From Candidatus Gilichinskyi gelida (GTDB lineage: Bacteria; Acidobacteriota; Thermoanaerobaculia; Gp7-AA8), in contig JBBPII010000019.1 in NCBI GenBank assembly GCA_038040385.1, positions 32,886 through 96,885 on the forward strand: 64,000 nucleotides of DNA, in the 5' to 3' direction. The position numbers were made by a program, and so were the translations under genes. How positions within the stretch are numbered: position 1 is the stretch's first letter; each line of letters starts with the position of its first letter. Shown here piece after piece: positions 46,333 to 56,303 of the stretch. Below the pieces are notes generated by a model. The model searched no databases and was not told the origin of the DNA. It saw nothing but the letters and a program-made list of their open reading frames with translations.

Positions 46333-47856
46333 TTGAGCGCAGCGAAACGGAAGGATCTCGTGCCGCTCCGCATCATTCTCTCCATCGCGTCCGGCGTCCT
46401 TTTCGCGCTCGCCTTCCCCAACGCGAGCATCGCCTGGCTCATCTTCATCGCCCTAGTCCCGCTCTTCGTCGCGTTGACGCGGGCTCGGAGCTGGCGCGAG
46501 GCGGTCTTTCTCGGATGGCTGTCGCAATTCACGGCGTGGCTGATCATGGTGCCGTGGGTGGTGCGGGTGATGTCGCACTACGGCGGACTGCCGTACGTCA
46601 CCGGCGTGCTGCTCTTCGTCGCCATGTGCGTCATTCTGGGCCTCTACGGCGCACTCTTCGCGTTCGCCTTCTGGCGCATCGCGCCGGGGGAGCGTTTCGG
46701 GCGGTGGCTGCTGGTGCCACTGGCGTGGGCGGCGGTGGAGTACGCGCGGACGTACCTGCTGACCGGCTTTCCCTGGAACCTCATCGCCGCGTCGATCATC
46801 GACTACGCCCCGCTGGTGCAGTTCGATCGCGTCGCCGGTCCCTACGCCCTCGGCGTGCTGATCCTGCTGCCGTCGATTCTCATCGCCTGGCTGATCATCG
46901 CGCGCCGACGCGGCATCGCGCGGACGCTGGCAATCGCCGGGGTGGCCATCGTCTGCTTCGTCTGGTGGACGACGGGTATCGTCGCGGCGAAGCTGTTCGT
47001 CCGTCCCACCGGCGCGCCGACGGTCCGCGCGGCGCTGCTGCAACCGAACATCTCGCAGGAGATGCGCTGGAGCGAGTCGAGCCTGCTCGACATCTTCAAC
47101 CGGATGATGACCATGAGCCGCGACGGCGTCGCCGCCGGCGCGCAGGTCGTCGTCTGGCCGGAGTCGACGGTCCCTCTCTCGTACGCGACGACGGACTTCT
47201 ACCGTCAGGCGATCGAATCGCTCTCCGCCGCGAACAACGTCGACGTCATCCTGGGATCGATTGCCGAGGATCCGGAGAAAGCGGACCGACTATGGAATGC
47301 CGCGTTCCTGGTGAGCGGCGGCCGAACCATCGGCCACTACGACAAGATCCGCCTGGTGCCGTTCGGCGAGTACGTGCCGCTGCGCAAGATGCTGTTCTTT
47401 GCCAAGAAGCTGGTGCGCGCGGTGGGGGAGTTCGAGTTCGGGACGAAGGACATGCCGCTGGCGGGGCGGCTTCGCTACGGCCCGGCCATCTGCTACGAGA
47501 TCGTCTTTCCACACGTCGCGCGGCGGCAGGTCATACACGGCGCGGACGTCCTGGTGACCATCACCAATGACGCGTGGTACGACGGCACCTCCGCGCCGCG
47601 GCAGCACCTCAACCAGGCGCGCCTGCGCGCGGTGGAGACCGATCGCTACCTCCTGCGCGCGGCCACCACCGGCATCTCCGCATTCGTCGACCCGAGCGGC
47701 CGCGTGGTGGAAGAGCTGGCGATGAACCGGCAAGGAACGATCTACGCGAACTTCGAGCCGCGGAAATCGATCACACCTTATGTAAGATTCGGAGACTGGT
47801 TCGCGTGGGCCGCGTGTGTGGCGGCGGCTGTGGCGATGATGAGAAAGCGATCATGA
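46333..47856 (+). CDS. lnt: Apolipoprotein N-acyltransferase
   Basis: GFPW, QPNI, WPE, YDKIRLVPFGEYVP, ICYE and TNDAWY. The start may be GTG 46360, after a family E repeat fragment at 46321-46359. Confidence 0.95.
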   Translation: MSAAKRKDLVPLRIILSIASGVLFALAFPNASIAWLIFIALVPLFVALTRARSWREAVFLGWLSQFTAWLIMVPWVVRVMSHYGGLPYVTGVLLFVAMCVILGLYGALFAFAFWRIAPGERFGRWLLVPLAWAAVEYARTYLLTGFPWNLIAASIIDYAPLVQFDRVAGPYALGVLILLPSILIAWLIIARRRGIARTLAIAGVAIVCFVWWTTGIVAAKLFVRPTGAPTVRAALLQPNISQEMRWSESSLLDIFNRMMTMSRDGVAAGAQVVVWPESTVPLSYATTDFYRQAIESLSAANNVDVILGSIAEDPEKADRLWNAAFLVSGGRTIGHYDKIRLVPFGEYVPLRKMLFFAKKLVRAVGEFEFGTKDMPLAGRLRYGPAICYEIVFPHVARRQVIHGADVLVTITNDAWYDGTSAPRQHLNQARLRAVETDRYLLRAATTGISAFVDPSGRVVEELAMNRQGTIYANFEPRKSITPYVRFGDWFAWAACVAAAVAMMRKRS

Positions 47857-48957
47857 ACGAAAACGTCCTCTCGAGAATCCCCGAACTACGCGACCGCCTC
47901 ACCTCGGTCCGGAGCTATCTTTGACCTAGCCTCCGCGCGCAAATCGCTGGACGAGATCGAGCGGGAGATGTCGGCGCCCGGCTTCTGGGACAAACCGGAG
48001 TCGGCGCAGGAAGTCGGTCGCAAGCGCGCCCGCGTCGAGAAGCGCATCCAGACCGGCGAGTCGATCGAGAGCAAATTCGAGGAGCTCGACGTCCTGCTGG
48101 AGCTACAGCGGGAGGGAGAGCACGTCGACGCCGACATCGAGAAGCTCGTCGATCAGCTCGATGCGGAGATCACCTCCATCGAATTGACCATGAAGCTCTC
48201 CGGCGAGCATGACGATCGCGACGCCATCGTCGCCATTCACCCCGGCGCCGGCGGAACGGAATCGCAGGACTGGGCGGAGATGCTGCTGCGGATGTACCTC
48301 CGCTTCTGCGAGCGGCGCGGCTGGTCGACGGAGATGGTCGAGTATCAGGCGGGGGAGGAGGCGGGGATCAAGAGCGCCACCATGATGGTGCGCGGCGACT
48401 ACGCGTACGGGTACCTGAAGTCCGAGCACGGCGTGCATCGGCTGGTGCGCATCTCGCCGTACGACGCCGCCAAGCGCCGCCACACGTCCTTCGCCTCGGT
48501 CTACATCTATCCCGACATCGATGAGAAGATCGAGATCGAGATCAACGACAAGGATCTCCGCGTCGACACCTACCGCTCCAGCGGCGCTGGCGGGCAGCAC
48601 GTCAACGTCACCGATTCCGCGGTGCGCATCACTCACCTCCCGTCCGGCATCGTGGTCACCTGCCAGAATGAGCGGAGCCAGCACAAGAACCGCGACGTAG
48701 CCATGAAGCTCCTCCGCGCCCGCCTCTACCAGCAGGAGGTGGAAAAGCGCCAGGTGGCGCAGGAAAAGCTCGAAGGGGAGAAGAAGGACATCGCCTTCGG
48801 CTCGCAGATCCGGTCGTACACGTTGCAACCGTACCAGCTCGTGAAGGACGTGCGCACCGGATTCGAGATGGGCGACGCGCAGCGCGTGCTCGACGGCGAC
48901 ATCGACGGCTTCGTGGAGGCCTATCTGGCGCAGCGGGCGCGGACGACTGCGGATTAG
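47853..48957 (+). CDS. prfB: Peptide chain release factor 2 with a programmed +1 frameshift
   Basis: MNENVL...RSYL, then CTT TGA C at 47919-47925 with an upstream GGAG; GGQ motif and SPY anticodon-mimic motif. Confidence 0.96.
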
Positions 48958-48960
48958 TTC

Positions 48961-50328
48961 GTGAAAGTTCTCTTTCTTACGCCGTTGCCCCCGACGCGGA
49001 CGGGTGTCGCGCACTACTCGTCGATGCTCATTCCGGCGCTGCGAAGGCATGTCGAAGTCGACGTGGTGGACGGTCAACGGCCAACGGCCAACGGCGAACG
49101 CATCTACCAATTGGGCAACAACCCCCACCACGCCTGGATCTACGAGGAGGCGATGCGCGTGCCGGGTGTCGCCGTGCTGCATGACGTCGTCCTCCATCAC
49201 CTCATCGTGGAGATGACCCTGGCCAAGGGCGATGTGGAGGGCTACGTCGAGGCCTTGCGGGCCAATCATGGGGAGGCGGGGGCGGCGTGGGCGCGGGGGC
49301 GGGCGGCGGGACTGCACAGTGAGATGGGCAACTTCCTGATGCCGGCGTCGGTGGAGGTGGCGAACCGCTCGCGCGCGGTCATCGTGCACAACCATTGGGC
49401 GGCGGACCGCCTGCGGTCGCTGGGCGTCGCGACGCCGATCCACGTGGTCGGACATCCGTACGACCCGCAGCCGGACGCGCGCGCGCGCCGCGACGAGATC
49501 CGCCAGCGCCACGGCTTCTCTCCCGCCGACCGCGTCATCGGCCTCTTCGGCTTCCTCACCTCGGCCAAGCGCGCCGAGGTGGTGCTCGCTGCCTTTGCCG
49601 CGGCGCAGGCGCGCGAGCCGCGTCTGCGGCTGCTAATCGTCGGCGAAGCGGCGCCCAATATCGACGTCGCCACCAGCGGGTATGTGGAGGAGGAGGATTT
49701 CGCCGCCTACTTCGCCGCCGTCGATCGCCTCGTCAACCTGCGCTACCCCAGCGCCGGCGAGACCTCGGGCACGCTCATTCGCGCCTTCCAGGCCGGCAAG
49801 CCGGTCGCCGTCAGCGACTACGCGCAGTTCGCCGAGCTGCCCGACAACTGCGCGGTGAAGATCCCCTTCGGCGACCACGAGGTCGAGCAGCTCGCGGACT
49901 TTTTCGTCCGCGAACTGGCCGACCCCAGCGTGGCGCAGCACGGGTGGCTCGAGGAAAACGCCAATATCGAGAAGACACTGGAGGGGTATGTCGCGGCGCT
50001 CAATGTAGGACGGGCTTCAGCCCGTCGGGACGGGCTAAAGCCCGTCCTACATGAGATCCCCCTGTTTCCACAGCTCGAAGCCACGCTGCGCTCCGGCAGG
50101 ATCGTGATCCGGAATGCCGGCGACTTCACCCTCCGCACCCGCACCTACGGTCAGCCGGGCTATCGCCTGATCGTGAACGGCAAGTGGCTCGAGCTGCCTT
50201 GCGACCTCGCGCCGGCCGAAGAGACCGACATCCCGGCGCCGGAGGGAAAGAGAATCCGCCTGGTGCACGGGATCCAAGGCATCCCCGTCATCGACGAGAC
50301 GCCGTTCGCCACGCTGGAGTTGCCGTGA
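48961..50328 (+). CDS. GT4 glycosyltransferase
   Basis: TPLPPTRTGVAHYS, YQLGNN, LHD and NLRYPSAGETSG. Confidence 0.88.
   Translation: MKVLFLTPLPPTRTGVAHYSSMLIPALRRHVEVDVVDGQRPTANGERIYQLGNNPHHAWIYEEAMRVPGVAVLHDVVLHHLIVEMTLAKGDVEGYVEALRANHGEAGAAWARGRAAGLHSEMGNFLMPASVEVANRSRAVIVHNHWAADRLRSLGVATPIHVVGHPYDPQPDARARRDEIRQRHGFSPADRVIGLFGFLTSAKRAEVVLAAFAAAQAREPRLRLLIVGEAAPNIDVATSGYVEEEDFAAYFAAVDRLVNLRYPSAGETSGTLIRAFQAGKPVAVSDYAQFAELPDNCAVKIPFGDHEVEQLADFFVRELADPSVAQHGWLEENANIEKTLEGYVAALNVGRASARRDGLKPVLHEIPLFPQLEATLRSGRIVIRNAGDFTLRTRTYGQPGYRLIVNGKWLELPCDLAPAEETDIPAPEGKRIRLVHGIQGIPVIDETPFATLELP
50005..50050. repeat. Inverted GTAG-REP doublet (family D), in frame in the GT4 gene
   Basis: GTAGGACGGGCTTCAGCCCGTC-GG-GACGGGCTAAAGCCCGTCCTAC. 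Confidence 0.8.
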
Positions 50329-50903
50329 CCCGTTTCGACGAGGCGTCGCTGGCGCGCCTCCGCGCGGTGGTGGGCGATCGTCCGGCCATCGCCATCGACG
50401 CGCCGCAGTATCGCCGCGCGTGCGTGCTCATCCCGCTGGTCCGGAGCAGCGGCGGATGGTCCATCCTCTTCTCCCGCCGCTCGGAGAACCTCGCCGCGCA
50501 CAGCGGCCAGATCGCCTTTCCGGGCGGGGCGGTGGAGGAGGGGGAGTCGCTGGAGGCGGCGGCGGTACGCGAGGCGGAGGAGGAAGTGGGGATTCCGTCC
50601 GAGCACGTCGAGCTGATCGGGCGCCTGGACGATCTCATCACCAACAGCGGCTTCCTCGTCGCGCCGTTTGTCGGCATCATCGACGAGCGGATCGATTACG
50701 TCCTGCAGGAGGCCGAGGTGGACGAAGTGTTCGAGGTCCCGGTCGATGCCCTGCTGCAGCGGTCGCAGCCGGCCGTCCGTTACGTCGCGTTTCGCAGCCG
50801 GCAGTACCCAGCGTACTTTTACCGCTACGAGCAGTATGAGATCTGGGGGCTCACCGGCCGGATTTTGAAGGGGTTCCTCGATCTGGTGTGGCGGGCTATT
50901 TGA
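50325..50903 (+). CDS. Nudix CoA pyrophosphatase
   Basis: HSGQIAFPGG...AAVREAEEEVG and IWGLTG. Confidence 0.92.
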   Translation: MTRFDEASLARLRAVVGDRPAIAIDAPQYRRACVLIPLVRSSGGWSILFSRRSENLAAHSGQIAFPGGAVEEGESLEAAAVREAEEEVGIPSEHVELIGRLDDLITNSGFLVAPFVGIIDERIDYVLQEAEVDEVFEVPVDALLQRSQPAVRYVAFRSRQYPAYFYRYEQYEIWGLTGRILKGFLDLVWRAI

Positions 50904-51966
50904 GCGCCTTCTCCACGTAGTTCGCCAGCGCCTTCCCGTCCTTGCCCGGATCGACGGTGACGCCGTTGACCAGATACGTCGGCGTCGAGCGGACGTCGTT
51001 CGTGAATGCCGCCGCGACACCGTCGAGGATCTCGGCCTTCACCGCGGGTGAGGCGACGTCGGCGTCGAACTTGGTCAAGTCGAGGTCGTGATCCTGCGCG
51101 AAGCCGCGCACAAAATCGTCGATGGTGAACGTGTTGAGCTTCTCCTGGTTCTCGTACACGTGCTCTTTGTACGTCCAGAACAGCTCCGGCTTCTGGCGGT
51201 AGACCGCCCGCCCGGCCACCGCGGCGCTGAAGGCCCACGGATGCATGGCCAAAAGCGGCATGTCAAAGCGGACATAGCGGACCTTGTCGCCGTGCGCGGC
51301 GAGGATCGGCTTGAGGTAGCTGGCGGAGTGCTGGCACGACGGGCATTCGAAGTCGGAGAACTCCACCACCGTCACCTGCGGAGTGGCTGAGCCGGTGGTC
51401 GGCGATTTGGCCACCATCGGCGCCAGGGCCTTGATGCGCGCCGAGCGCGCATCGCCGGTCATCGGAAGGAAGTGGCCGAGGAAGAAGACCGAACCGGCGG
51501 GATCGACTTCACCCTCCATCGGTACTTTTCCCTGCTCGGTGGTTTGGACCAGCGAGACGCGATAGAGGCCATCGCGCGTCTTGGTGCGGTCGACCGTCAC
51601 GCTGTAGCTCTGCTGCATGTTCTTCCAGGTGAACGCCCGCAGTTTCTCTTCAATCGTCCCCGCCATGCCGTCGAGGAACCACGGAACGCCGAAGAAGAAG
51701 CCCCCTTCTTTGGTGGTGATGGCCACCCACTGGCCGCCGCACCAGCTCCGCTTGCTCTCGATCTGGATGACGTTGCCGGTCATGCTCAACGGGAGGGAGT
51801 GAACCAGTCCGGTGCGAGTGGGCGTCGCCGCCTCGCTGCACACCGGGAGCAGTTGCTCAATCATCGCCTCCGCCTTCGGACCCAGCGGCGGCGCCGGCTT
51901 TTCGTCGGCGGCGAAGACGGCGGTCGATAGCAGGCAGACGGCGGCGAGCAGGAGTGGCTTTTTCAC
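50896..51966 (-). CDS. Secreted DsbA/thioredoxin-fold protein
   Basis: EFSDFECPSC and cis-Pro STP motif; signal peptide from GTG 51966. Confidence 0.88.
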   Translation of the reverse strand: MKKPLLLAAVCLLSTAVFAADEKPAPPLGPKAEAMIEQLLPVCSEAATPTRTGLVHSLPLSMTGNVIQIESKRSWCGGQWVAITTKEGGFFFGVPWFLDGMAGTIEEKLRAFTWKNMQQSYSVTVDRTKTRDGLYRVSLVQTTEQGKVPMEGEVDPAGSVFFLGHFLPMTGDARSARIKALAPMVAKSPTTGSATPQVTVVEFSDFECPSCQHSASYLKPILAAHGDKVRYVRFDMPLLAMHPWAFSAAVAGRAVYRQKPELFWTYKEHVYENQEKLNTFTIDDFVRGFAQDHDLDLTKFDADVASPAVKAEILDGVAAAFTNDVRSTPTYLVNGVTVDPGKDGKALANYVEKALK

Positions 51967-52008
51967 GGGGGAGCAAACGGGCCGGGCCATCAAGCGATTC
52001 CAGCAGTG

Positions 52009-52113
52009 CCCTCACCCGGCGCTTCGCGCCACCCTCTCCCGCTCACGCGGGAGAGGGAAATCAGTTGTCCTTCTCCCGCTTGCGGTAGAAGGTGCCCGAA
52101 GGGCGGATGAGGG
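52009..52113. repeat. Palindromic element, family C
   Basis: Near reverse complement of 61113-61216. Confidence 0.82.
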
Positions 52114-52116
52114 TCG

Positions 52117-53286
52117 TTATTTCTGCAGCTCCTTCGCGACCTTCTCCGCGGCGGCGAACACTCGCATGAAGTTCTCGCCCATGATCTTGCGGATGTCGGC
52201 CTCGCTGTAGCCGCGGCGTTTCAGCTCCGCGCGGATCTTCGGAAGTTTGCTGACGTCTTCCATCCCCTCGGGGATGGCGCCGATGCCGTCGAAATCGGAG
52301 CCGATGCCGACGTGCTCGACGCCGGCGACCTTAGCGATGTGGTCGATGTGGTCGACGATCACCGTCCACGCCACCTTCGGCAACGGGTTCTCGGCCATCA
52401 GTTTCTTGACGCCTTCCTTGTACACCTCGCCCTCGGCGGGGTCTTTCGCCTTCAGCTCGGCGATGGACGGTTTCAGCTTCGCCTCGCGCGCGCGGTAGGC
52501 GGCCCCCGCTTCGTTGGAGAGGAACACCGGATAAAAGTTGACCATGCAGACCCCGTCGTTCTTGCCAAGGGCGGAGAGCATGTCGTCGGTCATGTTGCGC
52601 GCGTGGTCGGCGATGGCGCGCGACGACGAGTGCGAGGCGATAACCGGCGCCTTGGTGGTGGCGATGACGTCGTAGAAGGTCTTGTCGCTAACGTGGGAGA
52701 CGTCGACCAGCATGCCGAGGCGGTTCATCTCCTGGATGACCTGCTTGCCGAAGGGCGAGAGGCCGTTGTGCTTGGCCTCGTCGCCGGAGGAGTCCGCCCA
52801 GCCGTTCGAATTGGTGTGGGTGAGGGTCATGTATCGCGCGCCGAAGCGGTAGAAGGCGCGCAGGAGGTCGAGGGAGTCCTCGATGGCGTGCCCCCCTTCG
52901 ATGCCGATGAGGATGGCGCGCTTGCCGTCGCGGACCGCCGCGCGGATGCCGGAGGAGGAGTCCGCCCACCGGACCCAGGTGGGGTAGTGCTCGACCATCT
53001 CGTGGATGGTCTCCATGATCTTCATGGTGAAGGCGGCGGCGCCCTTGTTGGCGTAGGAGCGCGGCACGTACGCGGCGAAGAACTCGGCGTCGAGGCCGCC
53101 GGCCTTCATGCGGGGATAGTCGAAGTGGCCGGTGGAGTTCCAGGCGCCGAGGTCGAAGGGGTGATCGAGATACTCGCTGGGGGTGTCAGCGTGAGTGTCG
53201 ACGGTGACGGCGCGCGGCGCCGGCTTTTGAGCCGCAAAAAGAGGAAGTGCAATGAAGACAAGAAAAAGCGCGATGCGTTTCTGCAT
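52117..53286 (-). CDS. M19 membrane/renal-type dipeptidase, secreted
   Basis: DTHAD, EGGH, TLTH, DVSH, SHSS and GSDFDG. Confidence 0.93.
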   Translation of the reverse strand: MQKRIALFLVFIALPLFAAQKPAPRAVTVDTHADTPSEYLDHPFDLGAWNSTGHFDYPRMKAGGLDAEFFAAYVPRSYANKGAAAFTMKIMETIHEMVEHYPTWVRWADSSSGIRAAVRDGKRAILIGIEGGHAIEDSLDLLRAFYRFGARYMTLTHTNSNGWADSSGDEAKHNGLSPFGKQVIQEMNRLGMLVDVSHVSDKTFYDVIATTKAPVIASHSSSRAIADHARNMTDDMLSALGKNDGVCMVNFYPVFLSNEAGAAYRAREAKLKPSIAELKAKDPAEGEVYKEGVKKLMAENPLPKVAWTVIVDHIDHIAKVAGVEHVGIGSDFDGIGAIPEGMEDVSKLPKIRAELKRRGYSEADIRKIMGENFMRVFAAAEKVAKELQK

Positions 53287-53486
53287 CGCGCTAGAGTAGC
53301 AAACACGAGATCCTTCGCCGTCTGCGCGGCTTCTAATGAAGCGTCTTAACAATAACTACTCGATACCATAAACCTAGAATGGCGAAAACCAATGAATTAG
53401 AAGGACTAACTAAAGGCAGCCAGCTTCATCACCGCTTCACCGGCGCGCACGCCGTTAACCCGCTCAGGATGACGCGCTTTCGCGCG

Positions 53487-53930
53487 TCAATTGTTCGGCG
53501 GTGCCTCGCTGATGTTCTCCACGGTCTTGCCGACCTTGCCGTCCTGGTTGGTCTCGACGGCGACGTCGCCCATCGACACGATGCCGACGATCTCGTCGCG
53601 GTCGTTGACTACCGGGACGCGGCGCACCTGGGACTTGCTCATCACGTCGAGCACGTCGCTCACGCTGGAGTCTTCCTTCACCGCGCGGACATTCCTGGTC
53701 ATCGCCTCTTTGACGCTGGCGTTCGACGGGTCCTTCCCCTCGGCCACCAGCCGCACCACGATGTCGCGGTCGGTGATCATGCCGACGACTTTCTTCCCGT
53801 CGACGACCGGCACGACGCCGGTGTCCTCGCGGGCCATGATGCGCGCCACCTCGCGGATGTTGTCCTTCTCCGACACACACACCGGATCGGGCGTCATGAT
53901 GTCGCGGACTTTCCTGTCGTTCTGAGCCAT
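53487..53930 (-). CDS. CBS-domain pair protein
   Basis: VRDIMT, GMITDRDIV, QVRRVPVV and GIVSMGD. Confidence 0.93.
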   Translation of the reverse strand: MAQNDRKVRDIMTPDPVCVSEKDNIREVARIMAREDTGVVPVVDGKKVVGMITDRDIVVRLVAEGKDPSNASVKEAMTRNVRAVKEDSSVSDVLDVMSKSQVRRVPVVNDRDEIVGIVSMGDVAVETNQDGKVGKTVENISEAPPNN

Positions 53931-54020
53931 TGCTCCTCCTTCGATTACGAAGGAAGGAGGAGCAAGGGGCGTGCCCCCGCAAACTTTGTCCTGGCGCCGA
54001 AGGCGTCAGGATAAAGTCAT

Positions 54021-54554
54021 CTAGAACGCGATCCGCAGCCCCGCGCCGAGTGTCACGAATCGCGCCCTCGGGGTGGTCACGTTGACCCAGTGGTACGCGC
54101 CTTCGACCGCCACTGCGTAGGTCCGATTGAGCGGGAACAGTGCGGTGACGCCGCCCTGGAAGCCGTAGTCGGTCTCCTCGCGCCCGTTCGTTTTCTGGCG
54201 GTAGAGGCCGGCGCCGGCGAAGAGGCCGGTGTAACCGTACGGCTCGGAAAAACGGTACTCGATGATGCCGTCGGCATGCTCGACGCTGCCGTCCTCGTCG
54301 ATGTCGAAGCCGCCGCCGTCGAGGGGGAGGGCGGTCTTGGCTTTGAAGCGGCCCAATTCAATCCGGAACATGGTCGACGGCTCGAGCTCCATGGCGTAGT
54401 AAATCTGGCGCATGCCGCTCTCGAAGCTGCCTTTACCGGCGTCGGACTTCATCGGTCGCGCGTAGCCGAACAGGATCCCGAACTCGTTGTGCTGGGCGGC
54501 CGCGGGAAGGGCCGCGAAGGCAAAAAGCGCCAGCAAAATTGCGGTCTTTTTCAT
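54021..54554 (-). CDS. Outer-membrane beta-barrel protein (OmpA/OmpW-like)
   Basis: Signal peptide, alternating beta strands, C-terminal Phe. Confidence 0.8.
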   Translation of the reverse strand: MKKTAILLALFAFAALPAAAQHNEFGILFGYARPMKSDAGKGSFESGMRQIYYAMELEPSTMFRIELGRFKAKTALPLDGGGFDIDEDGSVEHADGIIEYRFSEPYGYTGLFAGAGLYRQKTNGREETDYGFQGGVTALFPLNRTYAVAVEGAYHWVNVTTPRARFVTLGAGLRIAF

Positions 54555-54613
54555 GGCGGCCACTATACGCATCTGACTCATCGAAATCGACTCCTTCCAA
54601 TACAATGTGCGCC

Positions 54614-55333
54614 GTGTTGCGGACGCTTTCGTTGTTGGGACGCGAGACGGCGCAAATCGTTCTGCACGCCGCGTGTGTCGTCTGTGACCGGGAGCTGCCG
54701 TGGCGGGCGCGAACGGCGTCGTGCTGCGCCGAATGCTGGTCGTCGCTGCCCGCCATCACGTCGTCGAAATGCACGTCGTGCGCCCTCCCGCTGCCCGACG
54801 GCGACCGCTGCATCGACTGTATGCGCGATCCGCTTCCGGTGGACTGGACCGAGGCGTGGGGTTGCTACCGCGGCGCACTCGAGCGCGTGCTGCACGCATT
54901 CAAGTACGAGCGGCACGACTTTTTCGCAGCGCCGCTGGCGGAGCTGGTCGAGACCACGCTCCGCGCGCGCGGCGACGCCACCTTCGACGCCGTCGTCCCC
55001 GTCCCCATGCACCGCTCGAAGCTGCGCCGGCGTGGCTACAACCAGGCGGAGCTCCTGGCGCGTGCCGTCGCCCGCCGCCTCGGCACGCGCTGCGACGTAA
55101 CGCTGCTGACCAAGCGCGGCCAGACGCCGGCGCAATCGAAGCTCGCGCGCGCCGCCCGCGCCGCCAACGTGCGGCACGCCTTCGCGGCGTCCGAGCGCGC
55201 TTCGGAGAAGTCGCTGCTGATCGTCGACGACGTCAGCACCACCGGCGAGACCCTCCGCGCCTGCGCCAACGAGTTGCTGCGCGCCGGCGCGGCGCGGGTC
55301 TGCGCAGCCGTCGTGGCTAAGACGACTGTGTGA
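54614..55333 (+). CDS. comF: ComF family phosphoribosyltransferase-like protein
   Basis: Double zinc ribbon, RGYNQAELL and VDDVSTTGET. Confidence 0.9.
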   Translation: MLRTLSLLGRETAQIVLHAACVVCDRELPWRARTASCCAECWSSLPAITSSKCTSCALPLPDGDRCIDCMRDPLPVDWTEAWGCYRGALERVLHAFKYERHDFFAAPLAELVETTLRARGDATFDAVVPVPMHRSKLRRRGYNQAELLARAVARRLGTRCDVTLLTKRGQTPAQSKLARAARAANVRHAFAASERASEKSLLIVDDVSTTGETLRACANELLRAGAARVCAAVVAKTTV

Positions 55334-55339
55334 GCCTTC

Positions 55340-55413
55340 GTCATCCTGAGCGCAGCGAAGGATCTCCGGTTGCGCCGGCGAGATCCTTCGCCGTCTTCGC
55401 GGCTCAGGATGAC
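55340..55413. repeat. Palindromic element, family E (GTCATCCTGAG...CTCAGGATGAC)
   Basis: 11-bp terminal inverted repeat that supplies the stop codon of the acyltransferase; fragments at 46321-46359 and 53307-53331/53462-53473. Confidence 0.8.
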
Positions 55414-56303
55414 GGGGTGACATCCCACTTCGGTCTCTCGCGCCAGCGGTCGTGAAACCACACCCACTGCTCCGGCGCCCGGCGGATCTGCTCTTCGATG
55501 AGCGCGGTGATGCGCGCGGTAAGGGCGACGGGATCGTCGCCTTTGCTGGTGGTGATGGGCGGGAGGATGCGCACCAGGTGCTTGCCCTCGCGGCGCTCGT
55601 CGAAGATGACGACCACCGGCACCTCCGCCCGAATCGCCAGTCGCGCGGGGCCGATCGGCGTGAGCGCGGGACGGCCGAAGAACGGCACCTTCACGCTCTC
55701 GGCGCGGATGTTCTGGTCGATGAGGAACGCCAGGAGGTGGCCGTCGCGCAGCGCGCGGATCATCTCGCGGCTCGCGGCGACCGAGCCCCGATCGATCGCG
55801 CGAACGTTGCTGCGCGCCCGCATTCGGGTGATCAGGCGGTTGATCTCCGGCTCGTTGCGCTCTCGCTGCATCGTGGTTACCGGTGCGAGAGCGCCGATGG
55901 CGTGCGCCGCCCATTCCCAGTTTCCGCTGTGCGCCGTGATGGCGATCTGGCCGCTGGTGCGGCCGGTGATGTGTTCCATCCCCTCGTAGGTCGTGGTTCG
56001 GGCCAGGGTCTTGGCGTCCACCCTCGGCAACCAGAGAAACTCGGCGAAGACGCCGCCGAGGTGGCGGCAGATCGCGCGAGAGACGGCTCGCCGCTTGCGG
56101 GAGGACCAATCGGGATACGCCAACGCGAGATTCGCGCGGGCGCGGCGGAGCGGGCCGGCGGCGACGAACGAGCCGAACGCGCCGAGCAGCACGCCGAAGC
56201 CGCGGGCTACGGGGAGAGGGAGGAGTCGCACGACGAATCCGAGCGCGGAGACGACGACATAAATAACGCGGCCTCTAAACGCTCTGAGCTTGGGGCTTGC
56301 CAA
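55404..56303 (-). CDS. Lipid A late acyltransferase (LpxL/HtrB family)
   Basis: HSGNWE, LIDQ, VPFFG and PEQWVWFHDRW; TTG start inferred. Confidence 0.88.
   Translation of the reverse strand: MASPKLRAFRGRVIYVVVSALGFVVRLLPLPVARGFGVLLGAFGSFVAAGPLRRARANLALAYPDWSSRKRRAVSRAICRHLGGVFAEFLWLPRVDAKTLARTTTYEGMEHITGRTSGQIAITAHSGNWEWAAHAIGALAPVTTMQRERNEPEINRLITRMRARSNVRAIDRGSVAASREMIRALRDGHLLAFLIDQNIRAESVKVPFFGRPALTPIGPARLAIRAEVPVVVIFDERREGKHLVRILPPITTSKGDDPVALTARITALIEEQIRRAPEQWVWFHDRWRERPKWDVTPSS

Noticed and set aside
53379-54014. ORF starting MAKTNELEGLTKG in the AT-rich tract
   Set aside because: Most of it runs antisense to the CBS gene and it has no SD or recognisable domain.
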